From positions 44,516,001-44,580,000 of the forward strand of contig JAGIQG010000016.1 of NCBI GenBank assembly GCA_024679065.1: 64,000 bases of DNA. The letters run 5' to 3'. Position numbers and translations under genes: made by a program. The notes under the pieces were generated by a model. That model saw only the letters and a list, made by a program, of their open reading frames with translations. It had not been told where the DNA came from and did not search any database. Source of the stretch: Sphyrna mokarran (Eukaryota). Shown here one piece after another: positions 49,951 through 61,859 of this stretch; within the stretch, counting starts at the first letter, position 1; each line of letters begins with the position of its first letter.

Positions 49951-50634
49951 GTCTCTAGACTCAGCCAGATGCCAGGGCTACATTAAGTGCAAAGGTTTGA
50001 TGTCCCATCTTACGCCTATATAATGTGCATAACTGCATGGTTATCTATACTGAAGAATATTTGCAAAACTTCAGGTCACTTCCCCTAATCTATTCCACAT
50101 CCAGTTGCAATTAATTTCCTTCCTCTATATTACTTCTAAATATGCCTTTTGCAAATGTAATTCCTTGGCTTTCCGCCAGATTGTTAATCAACAGAAGAGG
50201 ACCAGCACTGAGTTCCAGTCCTCTTCCCTTGTAGCCAAGCCCTATTGGAAAGCTATCCTATTTAAAATCATTCCTTGTTGATGGTCTCAGAACATTGTTG
50301 GAACATAAATGGAACATTTCTTGTAACCATAACAATAAGCATAAACATTATCAAAATTAATTTAGCAAGATGCTATGGTGATTAAAAGATGTTGCTTATA
50401 ATTGAATTCTGAAATCATGTTCTGATGGTATTATCTTTATAATTGACACAACCTTCCTGAACCCCTTTGAGGGAGGAATGTACGTACAAAGTGGCTTTGC
50501 ACTTAAAATGCTTATTATTAACTGTTGATAAACCATTGTTGGTTTCTGCTGACAAAATGTCATTTCAACAATCTAACATTGTTTTCCATTCTATAGTTGT
50601 TTAATTAGATGTTAGCTTTGGCATCATTTAACAT

Positions 50635-50870
50635 ATTGCCTCTGAAGATTTTGGGTTCAAATCATACATCAGAGACCACAAATCTCATTATCTAACCTAA
50701 CACCAATACATCCCTGAGGGAGTGCTCTTGAAGACACCATTGTTCAGATGAGATATTAAACAGAGGCCCCATATGCTCTACCAGGTTTACATAAAAGTCC
50801 TTTACGATTAACCACATAGCAGCATGTTCTCCCAAGTGTACTGGCCAATATTTATCTTTCAATCCAAATC
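50635..50870 (+). mobile_element. Deu-SINE (SacSINE1/AmnSINE-like)
   Basis: gagggagtgct...cagatgagatattaaacagaggcccc...taaaagtcc...gttctccc...tggccaatatttatc matches the recalled Deu-domain. Confidence 0.75.
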
Positions 50871-53800
50871 TGAATTCCATATTCGTGCTGTTTATTGATT
50901 AGTGTGCCCAACTGAGTTATCAATTTCTAATCATTGAAGAATTATATGGAATGGCCATTATATTCTTGTACTATTTCTAGAGGTGAAACATGTGTGTTTT
51001 ATCGTCTAGAAAATAAAACGGGAAGTGTAAGGGTGATCATTGGTGGAATCATAAATATCAGATGCAAATCATGCTACTTGGTTCATTAATTCCCAGTCAA
51101 AAAATGGCAATGAGGCAAGCTATGGCTTTGCTGAGTTGCCAATATAATTAATTACATTGAATATGGAGCACTGTTGCTGTTTCAGTTATATTAATCACTT
51201 TATTGATTATGTTTAAATACTTAATTACATTAACAACTAACACTTGTTGGAGGATAACAGACACACACATGTTTGTATGCATATATTAAAATAGTTTGTA
51301 ACAATGTCAACAGTTCAAAACAACTACCTTGGGAACGATTAGTTTTTATATTTGTGTCAATTTCTGGTGGCTGCATTTAAAAGAAGTGCTTTGTTCCCCA
51401 AGAACTCAGTGTACAGGTCTTTTGAAAAATTGATCTAGAGCTCAGCTTTTGGACTATCTGCTTCCAGTCTGTTACTCTTAGTTCTCCAAGTAGAGATCAT
51501 CATGGAGAACATGCATTCATTATGAGCATTGCTATATGGTATGAAAAATATCCAAGAAATGATTTTCTTTTGCGACAAATTTGAGCCCGTGCAATCTTCT
51601 GTGGGAATAGTGGTGCATACTCAAACCCAGAAAGCAAATTTGTGCCAGCAAATTTTGATCTTCCTGGGTCCTTGTGGGTGGAGTTGTGTGAAATAAGTAG
51701 TGGGATCACAGAAAGCTGATTTAATACTTTAGCATATCATTAATGAGCACACCTGCCGGGAATTTCTCATTCACCAGATATTCAGCAGACGCCAGAGTAC
51801 ATTTTACAACAGCTCCACAGAAGCATGAACTTGGCACCTTCCCCTTTGAGGGGGAGTTTGGAGGTGAGCGGTCAGGCAGCCAGCATCCCCTGGGATGTTC
51901 ACTGCTCAGGGTGCATTGGACAGTATTCAGGGCATTCAGATAAGTGACACTCGAAGAGGAGTCCACAGAGTTCACTTGTAGACCTGACCTTCCCTTTAGA
52001 GTGTCCCTTGCTTTAGGGGGGTTGTGAAGGCTGGTGTGCAGGCAATGCTTCTTGTTTCCTCCTCTGTGTTCCTGTCCATTATCACAGCTGAAGAAGTGCC
52101 CTTCCTTAGTGTGGCTGGCCATAAGGTGGGAAGGCGTGAAAACAGGAGGCTCAGCACTGCGGATGACTGTGAGTTACCTGAGTGAGTCTCGTGAGAAGGT
52201 GGGCTGTCAGGGCACAGTAGGAAAATCAGGAATAGGCTACGTCTCCTCTCATGCGGCCTAAGGAGCCTCACACTTGAAGGAGGATGACTCCAGTGTGATC
52301 AGAATACACACTCAAGCAGCAATGTGAGGACAAATGAAGGCCCAAACAACGTTCAGGGGTGTTTACATAAATAATTCAAGAATACCTGTTCCAAACATTT
52401 CATGTTTAATTTTTTAAATAGCACTGCTGGGAGTGGGGCTATTGGAATGATGAGCAGTGATGGAGCATGGACGGAAGGGTGGTGTCTCATGCTATTGAAC
52501 TCGTGTTTAAATGGGAATGATTAAGATAGGTTGCTAACAAGATCTGTATGGTCCAAGATGACAGCTCGTGTGTCAGATCAGTGTTAAAGGGTGGTTGGCA
52601 CCTCAATCAGCTTACCCTCCATGCTTCCGTTGCCTGTATAGCGTATTCACACTGAGCCTTACAGTCAGCTCACACTGCGCAGGCCACCTCAGTATTCCAG
52701 ACAGTAGTTTTCTTTAGTTTCCAACTTCTGTAGCACCAACCAAGCAATCAAATTTTGTAGCCCATATGCCCAATGTGGATCATCCAACTGCACGCACTTT
52801 TATTAGATTTAGATCTTTATCTCCTTCATGTAATCAATGAAATCCCATTATTATCAAAAATCCACTTGAATTTCTACTTGGGAGATCTCAGAATGAGATC
52901 TTCTCCCCCGCCACTCTAAAATGCTGTAAAACGTGTTCAACATGGTCATTGCATCTTCTGCTGCTGTTGCCCTGATGTGAGATGTGGATTGATGCAAGGA
53001 GAACTCTAGGTAAGTTGAGCAAGTAATGTAAGTGGCAAAAAAACACAGTTGACACAGTTTCAAGGTTGAAGAAATGAGGCTCTACATTGTCTTATTAGTA
53101 GTAGAAAATCAGAGGGTTTTACACATGTCTGGAGAAAGCTGTGGTTGGCACATCCAATCATTAATTTGTCATTTTTGAGCTAACATGCAAATGAAGTAAC
53201 CATGGAGGTAACAGGCAAGATAGTTTTAACTCCAAAGAGGATTAAGTGTAAGATTATTGTTTCTTTGCACGAACCAAATAAACTTAATCAATAAACTGTG
53301 TAATAAATTGAAAGTGTATTTTCCTAAAGAGAAAGGAGATGTGTATGGAGCTGATTGAAGACTTTGTGAAACTTCACATTTGTTTGGCCTACTAATCTTC
53401 TTGCTGATGGTTATAGTAGACTTTGCAACCAAAGTGCACTGGACCTCATTAATGGACTGTGATCTTGGTCCACGCAGTTGGAGAGAGTAAAATGGACCTG
53501 TGTGTTGGATTGTGGCAAGGATGGTGAGGCTATCCATGTAAAAAGAATGGATTGTTGCTACTTAGTAACCCATTGTACAGATGAGATTCTCCCTGCAAAT
53601 GGACTCAAAAAGTGTGCAATCATATTCTGGACATTTTAAGGTGCCTCTAGCATTGCCTTTCACTCATCTGTAGATAGCTGCACTGTCTATGATATACCTG
53701 TAGTTGGACGAATACTTGTTATTGCACTGGCTCCTGGTTGCCAGCATCCTAACTAACCTTCTTGGGGACCCATTGCTTGTTGTTGCACCTCCTGACCCTG

Positions 53801-54659
53801 TGCCTAATTGCACCAGTTCCTGCTCCTTCTCATCTGGATGAGAGGCACTAAAAAAAGGTAAGTTACCTGGAGCCTATATCATCTAAGCCTTAGTGGATCT
53901 GTGATTGAATTACAGTACTCAATCTACTGAGCATTTTCCATTCAGGTTTCCACCATCCCAGAGGCATCAAGCCAGTTCTGAGTGTTATGTCTGGCTTTCA
54001 TCTAAACTTGGCATCCCCACCCTACTCCTTTTACATAAAGGATATCCTGAGCAGAGGTCATTGTTCTTTCTGTTCAAATATGACTTTGCGTAGAAACATT
54101 GCTCTTCGCCAGGGCCGTGATAGCCATATGCGAGAATTCTCCTTTAGACACTGTTCAGTTTGCCTCCATTATCCTGAAGACTTTATAGAGAAACCATTGC
54201 ATTGGCATCATAGAAAGATTTATCACTTGAGCTCTTGTCAATTTGGACCATTCAACCAGGAGAATGGAAGTTTAGAATCAGGACTTTGCTACCATCCACT
54301 AGCTGTGCTCATTGGAGTCATTCACCTTCCTCCCTTGATCACTGCCTTTAACTGCAGCTAATGACAAATTGTATAGAATCAATTACAGCAGCTCCAGATG
54401 TTGTTGGGATCTCAATGTTATGAGATCTATGAGTCCAACTGCCATGTGGAGTTCACCAAAAGAGGAGAACACGACTGAGCATGATTTTCATTAGTCCTCT
54501 GATTATTAGGATGTCCTTTCAGTCAGTCAATTGTGCTTATCTTGGAGTCCACCTTACCAACATCTGAAAAGACCCTCCACCCACTTTGAGGAATCGCAGT
54601 TTCAGAGCAATGGCATTGCATAACTGAGAATCCCAAAATAGTGTGCATGGCATTTAAGA

Positions 54660-55400
54660 CTCAGTCCACCATCTTTGACTCTCCTCTATCACCACCAACT
54701 TCTCTCCACCATCTTAAACCCACCAATACAATCATTCTTCTCCCCTTCATTCACCCTTGAAACTCTCTCTAATTATTTTTATACTTATAATCATCACTCA
54801 ACATATGCCTAACTTGTTGTCAGAGTCACTGTCCCCATACTCAGCCTTTTCCTCACTCCTCCTGTTATCCAAACCAACTGTTTAATTTGTTTTCATGAAT
54901 TCTCCATGAAGCTTTCAGCTACCAGAATATCACCCTAGAACCTGCCACCCATTTGCATCCCACTTAACCCACTTTTACTTGTTTTATCTGCTGCTCAGTA
55001 TCCTCAGTTCAATCCCAGGAACCCCACCATCAACAGTGCAGACCTTGCTTTCTCAGACCATCTGTCTCCCACCATCCCTGCCCAGAAAGCCCCTCTCTCA
55101 CTCAACCAGATCCAACAACCAAGGCTCTTCCCCCCATCCCATATTACTGCTAACCCACATTTTTAGACTGCCTATCTCCCTGTTCAAGACCATCTGTTTT
55201 CCTTCCCTGGACAGATCCCTCTCTGTTCCAGACAATTTGAACTCCTTCCCTGGCCAGTCTCTCTTCCTTTCACACTTCATCTTCTTCCTGTATCCAGCCT
55301 CCGTTCAACCCTTCCACCATACCACTTTTCCACCCTTAGACTGCCTCCCATATGTAATCTCCGCTCACCCTTCCCACCTAAGCCTGCCTTCTGTATAGCT
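54660..55400. repeat. C/T-rich low-complexity tract
   Basis: G-poor + strand with a Pro/Ser/Leu-rich spurious ORF. Confidence 0.6.
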
Positions 55401-55429
55401 AGAGAGGTCCCTGAATTTTTTTTGATTAA

Positions 55430-55955
55430 TGTAACAGAAACTGAGTTGGATGTACAGGTTCATATATTTATGTGATACTAGAAGTGCGAGAAGCTAGGTT
55501 GTAGCAAAAAGAAACAGTTTTACCTGTGTTCAGTTGCTGGAGAGGGCTATTTAAAAATAGAAGCCTCCAAGCTTCTCTCTCTATTTCCCTTCAAAGTCTC
55601 TCTGGAACTTCAAGCACAACTTAAAGCAAGTATGCCTGAGTTTGCTAACTGTATTTGAAGTGGGGTATAAGTCTATGTTAAGACTTTTGCTTAATTGGAA
55701 CTGAAATAGTGATAAGTTAGAAATTAAGAGTTTTTTCATGTTTAAAGATTGTTCAATAGTTAAGAGTTAAACTGCTTCATTTTGTTAGCATTATGCTTAA
55801 ATTGTGTAATGAATAAAGCTTGATTTGATTAAAAGTTCCTTTATTTGTTGATGGATTTACTTTTGAGACAAAGCATCCTTTCTTTGCATGGGAAAAGTTT
55901 TGGTGTCTAATCTGACTTCATAATATAACTTGGGGTGGGGTCCAGCACCCTAACA
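55430..55955 (+). mobile_element. Possible solo LTR
   Basis: Starts TGTAAC, ends CCTAACA, has an internal aataaa (~55812) and is ~525 bp long. No clean TSD. Confidence 0.4.
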
Positions 55956-56763
55956 CTAGTACTTCATAAGTGTACTAATAAAGTCCTCCACATATAAATT
56001 AATGAAATCTGGACGTCACCTCATGCTGCATTTTGAACTCCAGTCTACCGTACAGAAATCCAGTGCTCTCTTTGTCTCTGCAACTAGAGCTACTAAATGC
56101 AAAACTATGTTAATATCACATGCTATTAAAAAAACTTAGGAAAATAAAAGTAAAACAAAAGAAGGGAATTCTGTTTGTGTAAATATCTGTATCAAGAGGA
56201 ATAAAGAATAATTTAAAGTATAAGTGGCCTTTAAGTGTGATTATTTTTAAAAACTTTGATGATGTAAAACTTTGGAAGTGCGCTGTATAGATGAAAGTCA
56301 TGAAATATTGGGCTAGTTCATTAAATCTGTCTACTTCACCAAAGTGACTTCCTAACTTAGAACCAAACAATATTATTACTACAAAACCAAAATAGATATT
56401 ACAGCAGTTTCTCAACATTTTGTGCCTAGAATTGACATGATATTTGTTTGGACCACATGATAACTTCCTGATTTCTAGCCTCAAATCATCATTGAGAAAG
56501 AAAAGCAACAGTGAGTTACATAAACTCCATTCCAGAATAGAAGAGAGTCAATAAAAACAAAATTGAATGGAATAATGGAGATTATAACACTGGGGCATTC
56601 TGATGCAAACGTTTTATAAAACGGTGTCAACTTCTTGGTACCCTTTCAGTGATGTTGAGAATTACATTGATTTAGTCAAAAATTGAACTTCATGATGTTT
56701 TTATATTCTGTGCTTTAAAGGTTTAACTGTCAGTTTCTAACCACCTTTACTGTTTCCTTTCAG

Positions 56764-56882
56764 ATCTTCACATGCAAAAACCAAGGCTGAAGCAGCAGAT
56801 CAAGCTTCACAGGCTGCAAGCAATGAATCCGCTATTGCAAGGGCGATTGCCAGAGAGCTGTCTCCAACCTTTTATCAGCCAG
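56764..56882 (+). CDS. JPH2: Junctophilin-2 coding exon 3 (alanine-rich alpha-helical region)
   Basis: Acceptor tgtttcctttcag| with a branch-like ttctaac upstream. 119 bp, in phase with exon 2, translating as (R)[39 protein letters not shown](G), versus recalled human [41 protein letters not shown]. Donor CAG|gtgttt. Absent from the ORF track. Confidence 0.95.
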
Positions 56883-59800
56883 GTGTTTATATGATTTTAA
56901 AATTCTGTAAGATATTCTGTACATAAAAAAACAGAAATAGATTGTTCCATAGGAAATCAGGAAACAGTTAAATAAATTCAATAACAGCTTAAAACGCTGA
57001 AGCTCAATGGATGGAACTGCTCAGTCTCATTGCATGGGTATGCAATAAGTCTTGTGCATATAATTCATGCAATGTTTTATATATCTGATTTGTTTAACAA
57101 GCTGCTCTCTTAGCAAAATGATGATTAGATTACTAGAGAAAATCCAGGCTTTTCCAAGTCCTGTACAGAGTTCAAGAACATATTTATTACTGACATTTAA
57201 ATTTGAACAGAAATTACCTGCTGGTTTTCCAATTGCCTTCATAAAGCCACAGATGCCAATACGTACTCAGGATTGGTAAGGCTGAGAAGGATTTTCTGAT
57301 AGGAAACCTAGATGTAAGGATTTCCAGACATCTGGCAGCAGAAATTAACTGAAGAAAGTTTTTAAAATTGTTTTGATTTATTTCTCACATGACAGACAAT
57401 CTAATTGACAGGTTGCTGCCTCTCAGGATGGAAAGCTTCTGGAAAACAGAAGACTACACAGATTGTGGGGAGCAGGGGGAGTGGTTGGTAAGGGAGGGTA
57501 TCCAGTTATGTGCAGGTAAAATGTTCAACATGGAGGGAAAAAAACTCCTGTGCCTCCTGGCCTGTAAGCAGTGCATTAATTGCACAAAACTCACGGATCC
57601 AACCTGTTGGTGGAATTTTGGCAAAAAATTACGAAGGTTAGAAGTTTTTGACTGTTCACATTTCACAAGGTGCTCTGAGAAATCTCTATTCACTGCAGCA
57701 TGCCCAGAGAATCCTGCAGGCACAAACGGCTGGAAAATTCCAACCTAAGCATCATAAAGATGAGAAAACTGCAGGAATCCGCACAGATCTGTACAGAGTG
57801 GATCAGACCGCAATGGAGATCTTTCAACCTTGTCTTATCCGATTTTCAGCGAGGTGAGGTGGTAAGATCAGGCGAGAGGCAAAAAAGTCAAGTTCGCGCC
57901 TGTTTTTTTGTCCTCCCCCGATTGTACCAGCACTATTTTGCTGGCAAAATCGGCTTTGTGCTCAGAAAGGGCACAGAATCAAGTTAAATATTAATGACAT
58001 GTTTTTTGCTCGTTTGGCACTTCAAATCTTTTTGTAAAATTCAGCCCTTACTCTTTTTTTAAGAGAGTGGTGAATTCCATGCCAGTTCTGGGAAGGTTGA
58101 GGCCTTGAAAGGGCTCTCAACATACTGGTGAATCTGATTGTAAAGCACTAGGGCGCCATTTTGAAAGGGCACTCCAATCTCACGAAGCACTGTAAGATCC
58201 CCTCCATGGATATCGGTGCACATACCCCACGTCCCCCAGTAACGGCTTGTTTCTCCGCTCTCCTCCCCAGCGTGAGTCAACAATATTGAGGCATTGGATC
58301 CTTCCTAATGTTTTCCCTTTATAGCCCCCACCCCTTGGCAGTGCCACCTGGCACACTGGCAGTGCCACCTGGCGCTCTGACAGTGTCCATCAAGCACTCC
58401 TAGTGTGCCAAATCAGCATTGCCAGTATGCCAGGTGGACACTGCCAAATGGGCATTGTCCAGCTATGTCCCAGACCTCCCAAGGGCTTCAATGGCATGGT
58501 CATCACACCAGTGCTAGTGATTTTCACTGGGTTCTTGCCACCCCAAAGCTTGGAAGATCCCAGGAATTCGGAGAATCTGTCATCGAATGGACTAAGCATA
58601 TTTAAATGCTACTTTAAATAGGCTGATCAGCTCTGTGCCCTTTCTGAGTGAGATCTAGTTTACACCAATAGCAAGGGGTCGGAATGATTACAATCCATTT
58701 GGTGCTGGGCGTGGAGTCCATTTTTGGGCCACACGCAATTTTCCAAGATTAGCGTAATCTGCTCTAGGTGTGGTGAGGCCAGAAACCACGCCCTTTTGTT
58801 TTTATGTACCACGATTCCCAAAGCCCAGCAAACTTGACCTTTACCCACTTACAAATTAAAATGCTATTAAAATGAGGATAGGCATCCTCTTTAAAAGATT
58901 TCAATAGCTGACCCACCTACCATCTGAGAAATGGGTTGTCCACTTCCCCAGCCATAAGTCGTTGGAACCGGAAATAGATGGACTTGAAATTTTAAATATT
59001 TTTGTGCATTCCTACGTGTGCCCAATTCCCACCAGTCTATGAGGATTAAAATTGCCATTGTAACGTTCAATTGAAGAAAGCTTTTCAAGCTATTGGCCTC
59101 ATCATTCTATATTGCCAAACCTACTGTTACAGTATACTTCTTTGAGGAAAAGCATGTAAAGGTGTTGGTTGTAGAAATCCAATATGAATCCACATTCCTG
59201 CTCAGCCACAAGGTAGATACTAATTTACCTAGGCACCTAATCATAATTTGACACTGCAGTGAGTCAGATCCATTCAAATTGAATGAAAATGAGTCAGTAG
59301 ATTTGGATTAATTTAATTCCTGTTGCTTCCTTATCCTATATTCCTGTAATCAAGGACAATATAACTGTAGAGTTCTCATTTGTAAAACTTTGCAGGGCTT
59401 CTGAATTATCTTGCAAGGAGTAAAATTCTCTCTAAATCTATATGGCATTCAGTATGAGAAGCATGTTAGTATGAAGCAAATGTGGAGCTTTGTATTGTTA
59501 TTTAAATGTTTTTTAATGAATTTAAATTAATGTAAAAAACTGATGAATAATGTTTTTCATCCTTCATTAAATCAAGGCAGCATTTCCAGTGTTCATTCAA
59601 TATTTTTGTGGATTATTCCCATTAGAGTAATCAATATTTTTTTTGTACATTGACAAAGAGCAAATAGAGGTTTAATAGTAATATTTTACTGGAATCAAAG
59701 GGTGTGAATTGTTCAAGTTCTGCTCTTCTGCTGAAAGTGTAAGTAGGGCTGGACATGAAGTGATTGAGATTGGCATGAGAGTGACCTCAACTCAAAACCT

Positions 59801-60679
59801 GGACACAATCTATACTGTAAAAGGGACCAATGCATCCATCATTTTCTGTGGTATGCGAATGTCCGCCATGCATCCAAGTATACTGCAATAATAAGTTTGG
59901 TATTGTGGATGAAAATCAAAACAGTACCTTGCTGTTTATCAAGGTGTGAGTCCTTGTAGTCATCAACATAATTCTTTTGAACTCTCAAAATGCTCTTTTG
60001 CTGTTTTCCTAATGACAGTTGACCATTTGGCAAAGAATTGTCACAGGAATATATGCATCACGCCTTTGCTGCCATATTGGTAAAATTAATAAACTTGCTT
60101 CATGTCTTTGTACCTTCAGTTGGCTTTGGTAAAGATGAAACTAACACTATATCTGGTGATTCTACCTCTGGATAATGTTATGATGGAAAAGAAGACTAGT
60201 TGCACAAAACGTTTACTACTTCTGAGAGGAGAGGAATAAATGGGAGGGACTAAAGGAGAGAAGGAAGAGAAAAAAGTGGAAAAGAAGAAAGAGCAATAAT
60301 GGCAAGACAGAAGCGGAGAGGAAGATATGGGAAGAAATGGAGAGAGAATGATGATGGAGATGGATTGGGTCAAACAGAAGAATGGGAAAAGGGCGAAAAG
60401 AAAGACAAGAAGGGGTATTATTATCTTAGTTCTAGTGGAGCAACTCAACTCTTTAATCTTCTGTTTGATTCACTTTGTAAACTGTGCTGTGCTTGGGTTT
60501 TATTCTGCAGTGCTAAACACTTTCAGGATTTTGTGGGCCACTTCAGTTTAATCCTCAGTTTGATGTTCAATATTGGGAGCGTTTTATTCTGGGTTTTTGT
60601 CCAGTTATACAAGGCTATCCTTTGCAATGTCATATTCTGGTGATGTAAGCATGGCCTCCTTTCATCTCAGTTTATGTGC

Positions 60680-60790
60680 ATTGACCCAAACAGATACTGG
60701 ACTGTGGCAACTCGGGGAATTTCACAGTAATTTCATTGCAGTGTTCATGTAAGCCTTACTTGGCACTAATAAATAAACTTTAAAAAAAAT
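60680..60790 (+). mobile_element. SINE 3'-tail fragment (same tail as 27485-27765)
   Basis: gcattgacccaaacag...ggggaatttcacagtaatttcattgcagtgtt...taataaataaacttt. Confidence 0.75.
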
Positions 60791-61859
60791 TAGGATGTTT
60801 TACTATCTTAAAGACACCATATAAAAACAAGTGGTTTATTTTTTCATTTCTGTTCCAAGTTCAATCTATTCGGTTAATTCTTCCAATGCTGTGTTTTTTT
60901 TAGATTGTATTTATTTTAGATTAAACTTCTGGACTTCCTTTTTCATGTTTTAAACAGCCCTGGTGCATAACCTTGTGTCTCCTAACATTATGTTCCCAGC
61001 ACTATCAGCAAGTGCAGTGCATTTGGAACATTGCCATTATGTACCATTTTTAATAAGCGTAATGAGAGGTTAATATTTATAATGAACTAAATGACAAGCA
61101 TAAATTAAATATGAATTCTTCAATCTATTTTAATAGATTGTAAGATTGGGAGATGCAATCATTAAAGTAGACAGTAAATGGCAGATGGTTGCCAGCTTAT
61201 TCCAGTTTCAGCAGGTTGACAGCTGGTGTAATGGTAGCAGTTTGTTAAAATCCAGACTGGATAGTTGTGACATTGACCACACGTTTTTTTTTATGACTAG
61301 CATGTATGTGAATCCTGGGCATGCAGCCATCCTGAAATCGAACTGTGCTCTCAATTTGAAAAGTGTCAGCATTAACCTTCGTTTGGTTTCACAGGGAACT
61401 TTGACTGTAAAATTGGATCTTGATAAATTTGTTTTGTGTTCAGCCAATAAAAACAACCACAGTCCAAGGTATTGCTCCTTCTGAGAGCCCAGCCAAGACC
61501 AAAGACGAGTACAGCCGAAGAAACCTTGTAAATGATCCACTGGCTCCAGTTAGAGTTGAAGAGAGACTTATTTTAGTTGCATTGCACCACTCTGATATAC
61601 TGGCTGGTAGTTTATGATGGAGGTTGCTGAAGCATTCTTATTGGCATGATGCACCAATCCGTGTACGCTAATAACCCAGTTGCTGCAATGGATGGGCTCT
61701 GTCCTTCTCTGCTCGTACAGAAATTGATTCCACTCTGCCATTCATCCACTGGTGGGATGACCCAAATTAAACTATACAGCTTTGATCTATGCTCATCATT
61801 TGCCTCTGCTGACATTGATAAGACAGGGGTCAATTATTATGTGAAACTTTCAATTGAGA

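Larger units (their letters stand above)
4917..56763 (+). other. JPH2: JPH2 intron 2 (51,847 bp, GT-AG, phase 2)
   Basis: Bounded by gtaagc and ttcctttcag. Joining the exons gives an uninterrupted frame (AG+A = Arg). Confidence 0.9.

Noticed and set aside
55545-55560. MEF2-like site (ttaaaaatag) as a JPH2 muscle enhancer
   Set aside because: A single AT-rich match inside a probable LTR, expected by chance.
58335-58460. CRISPR-like or regularly spaced repeat array
   Set aside because: Units are short (9-11 bp), degenerate and irregularly spaced, and they lie inside a eukaryotic transposon with no cas genes.
60116-60643. Overlapping ORFs with charged or hydrophobic bias
   Set aside because: Purine-rich low-complexity tract with no JPH2 exon 4 similarity.
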